Assembly: GCA_002778455.1 (NCBI GenBank)
Contig: PFCD01000016.1
Span: 2,446 to 66,445, forward strand
From: Candidatus Micrarchaeota archaeon CG10_big_fil_rev_8_21_14_0_10_45_29
Lineage (GTDB): Archaea; Micrarchaeota; Micrarchaeia; Anstonellales; Anstonellaceae
Direction of reading: 5' to 3'
DNA length: 64,000 bases
Under the pieces are notes generated by a model that saw nothing but the letters and a program-made list of their open reading frames with translations, was not told the origin of the DNA and ran no database searches. This document shows positions 10,638-18,296 of the stretch, one piece after another (position 1 is the first letter of the stretch; every line of letters starts with the position of its first letter). Both the position numbers and the translations under genes were made by a program.

Positions 10638-11339
10638 TCACTCCTCATCTTCCGCCGCCTTTGCCCGCCTCGCCCTTTTTCTAATAGGGGCATCTGCACC
10701 CTGTTCCTCCTCTTCCTGAGGCATGCTAATTTTGCGCATCTGCATCACAAGCTGTATAATTATCTCAATTGCAATAAACGCAAGCAAAAGGGGTATGAGG
10801 CTTCCTGCAGATGCAAGAAGCTCGTTTCCCCTTGCAATAAGGTCGCTTTGCGCAAAAGTGGTTGGGTTTGTAAGCACGATTGTAAGAAGGGAGAATGGAA
10901 GCAGTTTTGCAACCTCTTTTGCCAGCTTTTCATGGGTATATGCAAGTATCCTTACCACAACCACCACTGCAAACGAAATCGAGGCAATATTTTGCACAGA
11001 CTGGTCTTTTGATAAAAATATAAGAAAAATTGTTGTAAACGCAGTCAAAACAGACGCCATTAAAGGAAACACAAGCACGTTTTTTAGCAAAAAGCGAAAA
11101 ATCTGGTTAAAGCTAAAGTCTGCATAACTGTATGTAATCGGCGCATCCCGCATCTCTACTGTAAATATTTCTCTTTTTGATAGGCGCTCAAAGAAGAATT
11201 CGTAAAATATTGCAAAAAAGTAAATGCCTATGATAAATACAAGCGCATTTGCAACCACTGGCCCCAATATGCTCTCAAAAGCCATATATATGAGGGAAAC
11301 CGCCCCCAAAATATCATCAACAAACATCAAGCCTGCCAT
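10638..11339 (-). CDS. hypothetical polytopic membrane protein with acidic/basic C-terminal tail
   Basis: 233-aa ORF with at least five hydrophobic segments and the tail QEEEEQGADAPIRKRARRAKAAEDEE. Confidence 0.6.
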   Translation of the reverse strand: MAGLMFVDDILGAVSLIYMAFESILGPVVANALVFIIGIYFFAIFYEFFFERLSKREIFTVEMRDAPITYSYADFSFNQIFRFLLKNVLVFPLMASVLTAFTTIFLIFLSKDQSVQNIASISFAVVVVVRILAYTHEKLAKEVAKLLPFSLLTIVLTNPTTFAQSDLIARGNELLASAGSLIPLLLAFIAIEIIIQLVMQMRKISMPQEEEEQGADAPIRKRARRAKAAEDEE

Positions 11340-11396
11340 GGTTAGATAAATTCGCCTTATCTTTATAAATGTAAATCCGCCAAGTAATTACCCTAT

Positions 11397-11467
11397 GCCA
11401 GGTTGGCAGAGCGGCTATGCGCCTGCCTGCAGAGCAGGAAAGGGGGGTTCAACTCCCTCACCTGGCT
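11397..11467 (+). tRNA. tRNA-Cys (GCA)
   Basis: Hand-folded. Acceptor GCCAGGT/ACCTGGC; anticodon arm CCTGC-CTGCAGA-GCAGG (anticodon GCA); T-arm GGGGG-TTCAACT-CCCTC. The TATA-like CTTTATAAAT lies about 26-35 nt upstream. Confidence 0.85.
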
Positions 11468-11577
11468 ATCTTTTTCATGTTATTGTAAAGCCACCAAAAC
11501 CCTATCCCAAGCAAAACAATAAATCCAATCGCTATGAGATAAGTTTCTCCAAAGCCTGCCATTTCCTCATGAGCCAT
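11458..11577 (-). CDS. possible 39-aa single-pass membrane micro-protein
   Basis: ATG-initiated MAHEEMAGFGETYLIAIGFIVLLGIGFWWLYNNMKKIAR contains one clean TM helix. Its last 10 nt overlap the tRNA-Cys 3' end in antisense, and it is below the ORF-track cutoff. Confidence 0.25.
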   Translation of the reverse strand: MAHEEMAGFGETYLIAIGFIVLLGIGFWWLYNNMKKIAR

Positions 11578-11839
11578 GCGTGGTTAACCCATGCGCAATT
11601 GATAAATATTTCGCATTTTTCGCGGAAAAACGCCCTTTCAAAGCCAATATATTTTGCAAAAGGGTGTTTTATCTGGTGATAGGCATGTATGCAAAAATAA
11701 GGCATTATACAAGAAATTATGAAATCCTGCAGTCAATGCGCGACGGAGACGCATTATTGCAAATAATATACGGAAGATGAGGGGAGAATAATTTTCTCAA
11801 ACATCTAAAAATAAGAAAAAAGGGAAAAGAAAAAACTCC

Positions 11840-12571
11840 CTATAATTTGAATTTTTTACGCGTCTTTTTTATCATATCTTTGGCATCATTCTGCCCGCCA
11901 AGCCCGAAAGCAAGCCCGAATGCGATTGCAACTCCCCATACTATTCCCTGCAGCACTGTGGTAAAAACCTCTTTCACAAATCCCATTTGAAACCCTATGG
12001 TTTCAAGCGCCACCACCACGGAAAGTATCACTATCACCCATTTGGACACCTCCGCCAAAGTCTTTTGAAAATAAAATTTGTGCAAATCCAGAATTGCCTC
12101 CCTAATCCACTCTCCTATTATGGCTGCAACTATCACAAGAAGCCCGACGCCAATTAGCACCGGCGCAAAAAGAAGCACCGCATTAAACATGGGATTTAGG
12201 CTGCTAAGCTGCAATTCATTTACTGCCAAAGTAAGAAACATTATCATAAAATACCATTTGGCAGCCTTTGCAAGCATGGGGGATATTTCAGTGCCTCCAA
12301 GCGCGTCCTCTACCCTGTATTTTTGCAAAATTTTCTCAACGTTGAGGTATTTTAAAACCCCTGAGACCAGCCTTCCGACAAAATCCGAGACAATTATGCC
12401 AAACACAAGATAAAATGCGGCAACTATTATATGGGGGGAAAATTCGAAAGCATCCAATGTAAGCTTATTTAGAGTATTCACATAATTTGAACCAAGCAAT
12501 TCTTCTTCCAGCCCCATGCCTATCACCTGCACATCTTCAATTAAAGATTGCTTATAAAACTTTTGGCGCAT
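11840..12571 (-). CDS. hypothetical membrane protein (repeated TM-helix type, possibly channel-related)
   Basis: 243-aa ORF with several TM helices (IIVAAFYLVFGIIVSDFVG; LLFAPVLIGVGLLVIVAAIIG; IVWGVAIAFGLAFGLGG). Confidence 0.55.
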   Translation of the reverse strand: MRQKFYKQSLIEDVQVIGMGLEEELLGSNYVNTLNKLTLDAFEFSPHIIVAAFYLVFGIIVSDFVGRLVSGVLKYLNVEKILQKYRVEDALGGTEISPMLAKAAKWYFMIMFLTLAVNELQLSSLNPMFNAVLLFAPVLIGVGLLVIVAAIIGEWIREAILDLHKFYFQKTLAEVSKWVIVILSVVVALETIGFQMGFVKEVFTTVLQGIVWGVAIAFGLAFGLGGQNDAKDMIKKTRKKFKL

Positions 12572-12595
12572 CTCTATTATGAGAAGTGCTTTGCC

Positions 12596-13771
12596 ATGGC
12601 TTTGGAAATAGAAATAAACCCCAAAAAAAAGGAAATCTACGCCTCACAGCCCCAGTCTGTAAGCTCTTTAGTATCCGGGCATTACGGGCAGATGCAAAGA
12701 GGCACGATTTTCCTCTCGCCCACGGAGGCACTTTATTTAATGGACATAAGAAACGCCCAATGCACAGATGCCGCAAAAAACACCTACTCATTTAACGAGG
12801 TGGCAAAAATTTTTGCAGAAAAAAAGCAAATGGCGCGCTATTTCACATACGCCGGCTGGCGGGACCGGGGGCTTGTGGCAAGGCACCCTGAGGAAACAAA
12901 AAAGGCAGGCAAAAGCACCGCTGTGAAAAAATACCCTTGCGCAAAATTTGAAAAATTTCCTTTTCCGATGCAGGCAACCTTTTACCCTGATGATTTGATG
13001 TGCATAATAGATGAGGAAAAAGAGGCGCGCCAAATATATGAGAGGGGCTGGTTCGGGCAATTTGGCGCCTATAAGGCGGAAAAAAGAGGCTGCCTTGGCA
13101 AGCTTGATATTTATGAAGCGCTTTTTCTCTCAAAGCACGCATCTTTAACCTTGCAAAACTCAACTTCAAAAAAGGCGCATGCGGCAGCGCTAAAAAGGCA
13201 TCCTTACTTCAACCAGCTATATGAAGTGTATGAAGACTGGCGCCTTAACGGCTTTATTTTAAAAACAGGCTTTAAATTCGGAACCCATTTTCGCATCTAT
13301 TTTCCGGGCGCAACCCCTCTTAAGGAAAAAGGGTGGGTGCACAGCCAGCATGTATTGCAGGTTTTTCCCAAAAACTGCTCTCTTATAATTTCGGAATGGG
13401 CGCGAGCAATTCGCGTGGCGCACTCTGTGAGAAAAACTTTTGTATTGGCAATAAACGGGCAGAAAAAATCCGCCCGCGCAACGCCTAAAAAAGAATTAAC
13501 TTTGGACTTTTTCCTCTACCACCGCCGCGGGCAGGACATAATAACGCCAAAAAACGGGGAGCCGAAATTTTTGCTCCTCTCCCTATCCGAAGAGGAATAT
13601 TTAAGCGGCGAGCAGCTTGCAAACGCAATAGAGGAGTGCAAAAATGCAGGGCTTGAGCTTATGCTCGGAATTGCTGACAGGGAGTCAAGCGTCACATATT
13701 ATGCTGTCAAAAGAATAGACATTCCCGGCTCCCAATATGAGTATTATGAAATTGAGTGGGTGCAGCCATAA
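12596..13771 (+). CDS. endA: tRNA-splicing endonuclease, long multi-unit form
   Basis: The catalytic unit KTGFKFGTHFRIY...HSQHVLQV...VRKTFVLA matches the EndA Tyr/His/Lys core. Two N-terminal-domain-like segments precede it (LSPTEALYLM...YFTYAGWRDRGL and IYEALFLS...YEVYEDWRLNGF), and about 100 aa follow it. The ATG at 12596 avoids overlap with the upstream minus-strand gene. Confidence 0.85.
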   Translation: MALEIEINPKKKEIYASQPQSVSSLVSGHYGQMQRGTIFLSPTEALYLMDIRNAQCTDAAKNTYSFNEVAKIFAEKKQMARYFTYAGWRDRGLVARHPEETKKAGKSTAVKKYPCAKFEKFPFPMQATFYPDDLMCIIDEEKEARQIYERGWFGQFGAYKAEKRGCLGKLDIYEALFLSKHASLTLQNSTSKKAHAAALKRHPYFNQLYEVYEDWRLNGFILKTGFKFGTHFRIYFPGATPLKEKGWVHSQHVLQVFPKNCSLIISEWARAIRVAHSVRKTFVLAINGQKKSARATPKKELTLDFFLYHRRGQDIITPKNGEPKFLLLSLSEEEYLSGEQLANAIEECKNAGLELMLGIADRESSVTYYAVKRIDIPGSQYEYYEIEWVQP

Positions 13772-15384
13772 TGTTTTTGATGCAGGTTTTCGGGCAAAAA
13801 ACCGGTTCTATAGACATTGAGGACATAAACAATAAGCTAAACTCATTTTTGAAGGGCTCTATCTTTATTTCCCAAACCGTCTCCATGGGGGATGCGCCTG
13901 TAATGGGAGGGTTGCAGCCACAGGGTAAGGAACAGGGAGGAAACACAACTTATTCCCTTAGCACGCCGCTTCTTGATTTTGTTCTTGATTATTTTCCAAA
14001 CCCGTCCCGCTATTTTGACCAAAACAGCATAATAAAATTGCAGCAATTGAGGGATTTGCTTGCAAACGCAATCTCCCAGCAGAAGCAGTCAATAGTTAAC
14101 CAATGGCAGGCCGCAAATCCAAATTTCTCGCTTGAATTCAGGGATGATAGTGCTTTTTTCCGCCTTTACTCTGACATAAGCCCTTACATGAATGAGGAAG
14201 CAAAGCTTTCCACCTTGGCATTTTGGGCAAAAAATTTGGAGCAATATTATGACAAAGGAAAAAGCAACTCGCTTGAAAAGCTTGCATTAAACGGCTTTTA
14301 CAGCCTCTCTGCCCGGAAAATGATAAAAAAATATTCGCAAGAAACCCCTCTTGGAATATGCGCAGACATCAACGGCTCATTTTTGAAAGAATTCGCAAAA
14401 TCATTTGGAATAAAACATTCTTCTGTCTCCGTATGGAACCCCGAAAGCAGCACGGCTCACATGGTCGCCATGCTGCAAACTGGTGAGGGAAATTTTTATC
14501 AAATGAGTTACGGAAATTATTCAAAAGTCGGGGATATGAAAAGCCCGCAAATAGCCGCAGAGCGCCTTCTCTCCTATTTTGGCGGCTACAAGCCATTTGC
14601 ATTCAATTATGACAAGCAAAACCGCTTTTTTAACACCCACAGCGACGAAATATTAAAAGACGCCACCAACTGGGCAAAGCGCAAAATAGAGGATGAATTC
14701 TCAATTTCATTATTGTATAAGCAGGATGGCAGCTTTGCTGCAAGAAGCCAAAAAAACATAGAAAATTTCAATTTCGGCGCATTTTTTCTAAACACTCCGT
14801 TTTCTTTGCAAAATTCTTTTGGCGCATACATGAATTTTCGCTCTAAGGAAAAAAAGGGCTCAAAAGCAAAAGAGGGATTTGTGTGGCTCCCCTCCCTCGA
14901 CCTCGCGGTATTTAGCGGAGGCGCGGCGCCCGGCACTATGATGTTCGGAATCTCTGCTCTGGAATTTCGCTGGCTTCCGACAAAAAATATAGAATTTGAC
15001 ATAACTCCTCTAAAAATAGAGGGTGCATGGGGCGGCAGAAAAAGAATTGACCTGTTTCCATCCTCAACCGCCGGCTTTATTTACAAAATGGACAGGTTTT
15101 CGCAAATTTACTCCTCAATAGACTTTGGCTATTGCCCGAATCAGGAAAGGTTTTACGAATTTTACTCCCCCGAAGTGGCATATCGCGCAACCGCTGGCCT
15201 AAGAGCAAAAAACACTCAAATAGAGGCAAGATATATGCCGCAAGGCATGCTAAGCAAGGCAGAAATTGATGCAAAGCAAAATTTTCAAATTTATGGCGGG
15301 CTTAATTTGGCAATTTTCGCAAGCGTAAAATACGCAAATTCTCCCTCCTACGGGTTTGGGGGAGTTTTCTCTTACAAATTCTAA
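13771..15384 (+). CDS. hypothetical protein: possible transglutaminase/papain-like Cys-His core plus beta-strand-rich C-terminal half ending in ...GGVFSYKF
   Basis: The ATG at 13771 overlaps the endA stop (TAATG). GICADINGSFLKEFAKSFGIK...TAHMVAML resembles the Cys...His spacing of transglutaminase-like proteases. The C-terminal ~250 aa alternate hydrophobic and polar residues and end in an aromatic residue. Confidence 0.6.
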   Translation: MFLMQVFGQKTGSIDIEDINNKLNSFLKGSIFISQTVSMGDAPVMGGLQPQGKEQGGNTTYSLSTPLLDFVLDYFPNPSRYFDQNSIIKLQQLRDLLANAISQQKQSIVNQWQAANPNFSLEFRDDSAFFRLYSDISPYMNEEAKLSTLAFWAKNLEQYYDKGKSNSLEKLALNGFYSLSARKMIKKYSQETPLGICADINGSFLKEFAKSFGIKHSSVSVWNPESSTAHMVAMLQTGEGNFYQMSYGNYSKVGDMKSPQIAAERLLSYFGGYKPFAFNYDKQNRFFNTHSDEILKDATNWAKRKIEDEFSISLLYKQDGSFAARSQKNIENFNFGAFFLNTPFSLQNSFGAYMNFRSKEKKGSKAKEGFVWLPSLDLAVFSGGAAPGTMMFGISALEFRWLPTKNIEFDITPLKIEGAWGGRKRIDLFPSSTAGFIYKMDRFSQIYSSIDFGYCPNQERFYEFYSPEVAYRATAGLRAKNTQIEARYMPQGMLSKAEIDAKQNFQIYGGLNLAIFASVKYANSPSYGFGGVFSYKF

Positions 15385-15416
15385 TCCCGCATCCCTTTTC
15401 TTAGAAAAAGCAATTT

Positions 15417-16334
15417 TTAGTTTCCCTGTGTTTTCTTCAATTCCTCAATAACTTCCTTATTTCCCAAATAAAGCGGTATTCTTGCGTCCGCATCTTCAAT
15501 TTGCACGTCCAATATGGAGCCGCTCCTGCCGTCCCATGAGGCACCTCCAGCATTTTCGCAAATAAAAGAAAGCGGCGCGCACTCATATGCAAGGCGCAGT
15601 TTCCCGTCCGGCGCCCCTTCTGTTGAAGGGTATGAGAAAAACCCGCCCCTGTGCAGCACCTGCGAGAAATCAGCCACAAAAGTGCCGCAATAGCGGGGGC
15701 GCATCTTTTTTTCCTTAAACAAATTTTTCGCAAACTCCCTGAAATTCCCGCTCCATTGCATGGGCTTTCCCCCGACCCCGAACACTTCTGGCTTTATGGG
15801 TAATTTCATATTCTCATGAAGAAGCAAAAATCTTACTGCCCCATCTTCATAATAATGCTTTACAAACTCATGCACTCCTTTCCCTGTTGTATACACCAGG
15901 GTATTTACCGGCCCGTATAATTTGTAGGCGGCGGCAACCAAATCCCGCCCTTTTTGCGGAAAGTCGCTTCTGTATATTCCCAAAATTATTCCAAAAGCAT
16001 TATTTGTAGTAATATTTGAGGAGCCGTCCAGCGGGTCAAGAGTAATAACAAACGGGGCATCCTCCCTCCCCTCAACAGGTGTTTGCAGCTCCTCTGAATA
16101 TATTTTTCTCACAAGCCCTGTCTGCAATAAATTATCGCACAGCGTCTTGTTTGCCCAAGCATCCAATTTCGCGACAGCTTCCCCGTATTTATTCGGCTCA
16201 TTCTCAACGCCTGAGAGATATTTTGGGAAATTTGTCTGCATATCCATGGAAATTTGCGCAAACGTCTCAATAAGGGTTGCCAAATCGTCAGGCAATATTG
16301 CCAGATGCTCTTTGAGTGTTTTTATCCCAAGCAT
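15417..16334 (-). CDS. fbp: fructose-1,6-bisphosphatase, class I
   Basis: The DPLDGSSNITTN metal-binding motif and GKLRLAYECAPLSFICENAGG are both class I FBPase signatures. Confidence 0.88.
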   Translation of the reverse strand: MLGIKTLKEHLAILPDDLATLIETFAQISMDMQTNFPKYLSGVENEPNKYGEAVAKLDAWANKTLCDNLLQTGLVRKIYSEELQTPVEGREDAPFVITLDPLDGSSNITTNNAFGIILGIYRSDFPQKGRDLVAAAYKLYGPVNTLVYTTGKGVHEFVKHYYEDGAVRFLLLHENMKLPIKPEVFGVGGKPMQWSGNFREFAKNLFKEKKMRPRYCGTFVADFSQVLHRGGFFSYPSTEGAPDGKLRLAYECAPLSFICENAGGASWDGRSGSILDVQIEDADARIPLYLGNKEVIEELKKTQGN

Positions 16335-16335
16335 A

Positions 16336-17127
16336 TTATCCCTTCCCGTTTAGCACAATTTTGTCAAAATAAGGACTCTTGCCGATGAAGTTGCGGTCAT
16401 CCATAAATTCGGGGTCAGGCATGAAATATGCCAAGCCCATCTCATTCTCCCCTGTTCTTATAATGGAATATGACACAAGCCCCACATACGCAGTTTGCCC
16501 ATAATACATGGTCCTCGTCTTCTCCCTATCTATTATCTTAACATGCTCCGGCTTGAGAATTTCCATTGTATATGTACGGTTGAAATCCGTTCCACTATAA
16601 GTAATCTCCCCGCCTGCAATAAGGTCCAGCAGGAAAATAATGTTTTTGCTCTCAAGCGAGTATCCCCTCTCCTTTAGCATCTGCTCATCAACAGGAAATT
16701 TCCAAGAATATTCTCTTTCAACATTAATGCTGCCTAAAAATCCCGTTGTAGTCATAATTGTGTGCTTGCCTACAAGGTACCCGCCTTCCAAAGCCGCTCG
16801 CAGGGGAATGTCTTTTGCCGCCTGCGCGCTTATGGTGCCAAGCCACACATTTCTATTGAAAAAGTTTTTGTAGTATTGCTTAACGAATTTGGCATCTTTT
16901 GCATTTGCACGCGCATACTCATGAAGGGCTCTGGCATCTTTCATTGTAAGAAGGATGCCCTCCACTTCCGGTCGTTTTCTTTTTATCTCCTCCACGGCTC
17001 TCATAGAGTCTAGCGCATTGTATTGGTCAAGATTTGTAAGCAAGCACTTCTTTTTGCCATTGTGCATCACTTCTATCGGGCTGTGCCCCTTTGCCACTTG
17101 CTTTATTTTTTGCATTATATTACTCAT
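16336..17127 (-). CDS. hypothetical protein embedded between aldolase and FBPase
   Basis: The ATG at 17127 overlaps the aldolase stop (ATGA), and its stop lies 1 nt before the fbp ATG. The sequence (MSNIMQKIKQVAKGHSPIEV...) matches nothing I recognise. The longer track start at 17187 would overlap the aldolase by 64 nt. Confidence 0.6.
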   Translation of the reverse strand: MSNIMQKIKQVAKGHSPIEVMHNGKKKCLLTNLDQYNALDSMRAVEEIKRKRPEVEGILLTMKDARALHEYARANAKDAKFVKQYYKNFFNRNVWLGTISAQAAKDIPLRAALEGGYLVGKHTIMTTTGFLGSINVEREYSWKFPVDEQMLKERGYSLESKNIIFLLDLIAGGEITYSGTDFNRTYTMEILKPEHVKIIDREKTRTMYYGQTAYVGLVSYSIIRTGENEMGLAYFMPDPEFMDDRNFIGKSPYFDKIVLNGKG

Positions 17128-17888
17128 TTTCCAAACACCACATCTTTGAGCCTTTGTGTTATTTCCATCGGCTTTTCCGACTGCCAAACATTTCTCCCTA
17201 CTGCAAAGCCCACGGCGCCTGCCGCCATCACTTCTTTTGCCTTTTCAATAAACGCGTCCTCATCCAATTTTGAGCCGCCTGCAGAAATCACATGGCATCC
17301 TTGCGCCGCTTTTACAACCTGCGAGAAACTCTCTGTGGAGCCAGTGTAATTAACTTTCACAATGTCTGCCCCCAATTCCAGCGCCACCCTTGCGGCATAA
17401 GAGATGGATTCAACGCTTTTCTCATTTTTCACATATTTTCCGCGTGGATAAGCCCAAACAATGGATGGCATGCCATACTCTTTTGCCTCCGCCTGAATCA
17501 TTCCAAATTCATGAAACATTTTCGCCTCCATGGGAGAGCCGACATAAATGGTGTAGCCAATTGCATCAGCACCAAGGCGCACCGCCTCCTTTACCGCCGC
17601 AACAGGGGAGGAATACACATCCTCTTTTGGGTTAATATTTGTCCTTCCGTTTAATTTGAGCACCAGCGGAACCTTTCCTGCATAATTTTCCATATACTTG
17701 TAAGCAATCCCCTTGTGAATCGCAAAGCCGGTAAAGCCGCCCTTTGCGGCAATGTCAAAAACATAGTGCGGGTCAATATTTTTCTCATTAAAGTCAACAG
17801 GCCCATGCTCAATCCCCTGGTCCATCGCCAAAAGCATAACCTTGCCCTTCCTCATAATTCTTGACAAGCGAACTTTTTCCCCAATCAT
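17124..17888 (-). CDS. class I fructose-bisphosphate aldolase, archaeal DhnA/FbaB family (or the related ADH synthase)
   Basis: LLAMDQGIEHGP, PLVLKLNG and GADIVKVNY (Schiff-base Lys context) with GFAVGRNVWQ are typical of the DhnA-type aldolase family. GGAGAGGTGA lies upstream of the ATG. Confidence 0.85.
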   Translation of the reverse strand: MIGEKVRLSRIMRKGKVMLLAMDQGIEHGPVDFNEKNIDPHYVFDIAAKGGFTGFAIHKGIAYKYMENYAGKVPLVLKLNGRTNINPKEDVYSSPVAAVKEAVRLGADAIGYTIYVGSPMEAKMFHEFGMIQAEAKEYGMPSIVWAYPRGKYVKNEKSVESISYAARVALELGADIVKVNYTGSTESFSQVVKAAQGCHVISAGGSKLDEDAFIEKAKEVMAAGAVGFAVGRNVWQSEKPMEITQRLKDVVFGK

Positions 17889-17903
17889 AAAAAATCACCT
17901 CTC

Positions 17904-17965
17904 CCTAAACTGCGGGGAGGGGAACCCCTCCCCCTGGTTTTAGGGTTAATCCCGACCCCCTCCCC
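17904..17965. repeat. G-run/C-run hairpin repeat, copy 1
   Basis: CCTAAACTGCGGGGAGGGGAACCCCTCCCCCTGGTTTTAGGGTTAATCCCGACCCCCTCCCC. GGGGAGGGG(aa)CCCCTCCCC forms a perfect 9-bp hairpin (17914-17933). The element lies in the 5' region of the aldolase operon. Confidence 0.6.
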
Positions 17966-18113
17966 GTGGCAGAATTTTAGCCCGCGGAAAGGGGGATGCT
18001 TACACAAATATAAAGGGGGTTAAGCCTATTAAATTTGCCTTCGGCAGCGGCAAACTTCTTCTCTGAAACAAACGCTTAGCTTTTTTAATGTAAATACCAA
18101 TATTTACATTCAT

Positions 18114-18187
18114 GCGCTTGTAGTCTAACCTGGTTAGGACATGAGGTTGCCAATCTCAGGATCCGGGTTCAAATCCCGGCGGGCGCA
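18114..18187 (+). tRNA. tRNA-Gly (GCC)
   Basis: Hand-folded. Acceptor GCGCTTG/CGGGCGC (with G-U pairs); anticodon arm TGAGG-TTGCCAA-TCTCA; T-arm CCGGG-TTCAAAT-CCCGG. Confidence 0.85.
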
Positions 18188-18191
18188 ACCG

Positions 18192-18265
18192 AAACCGCGG
18201 AGGGGGAACACAAGCATCCAGCTGTCCCCCTCCCCAGTTTTGAGGTTCTTTCCTGACCCACCCCC
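18192..18265. repeat. G-run/C-run hairpin repeat, copy 2
   Basis: AAACCGCGGAGGGGGAACACAAGCATCCAGCTGTCCCCCTCCCCAGTTTTGAGGTTCTTTCCTGACCCACCCCC. GGAGGGGGA and TCCCCCTCC are exact complements (18199-18233). The element is collinear with copy 1 and shares its 5' part with copy 3. Confidence 0.6.
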
Positions 18266-18296
18266 TTAATTTTGCATTTTTGCCTTGTGATTTTCC

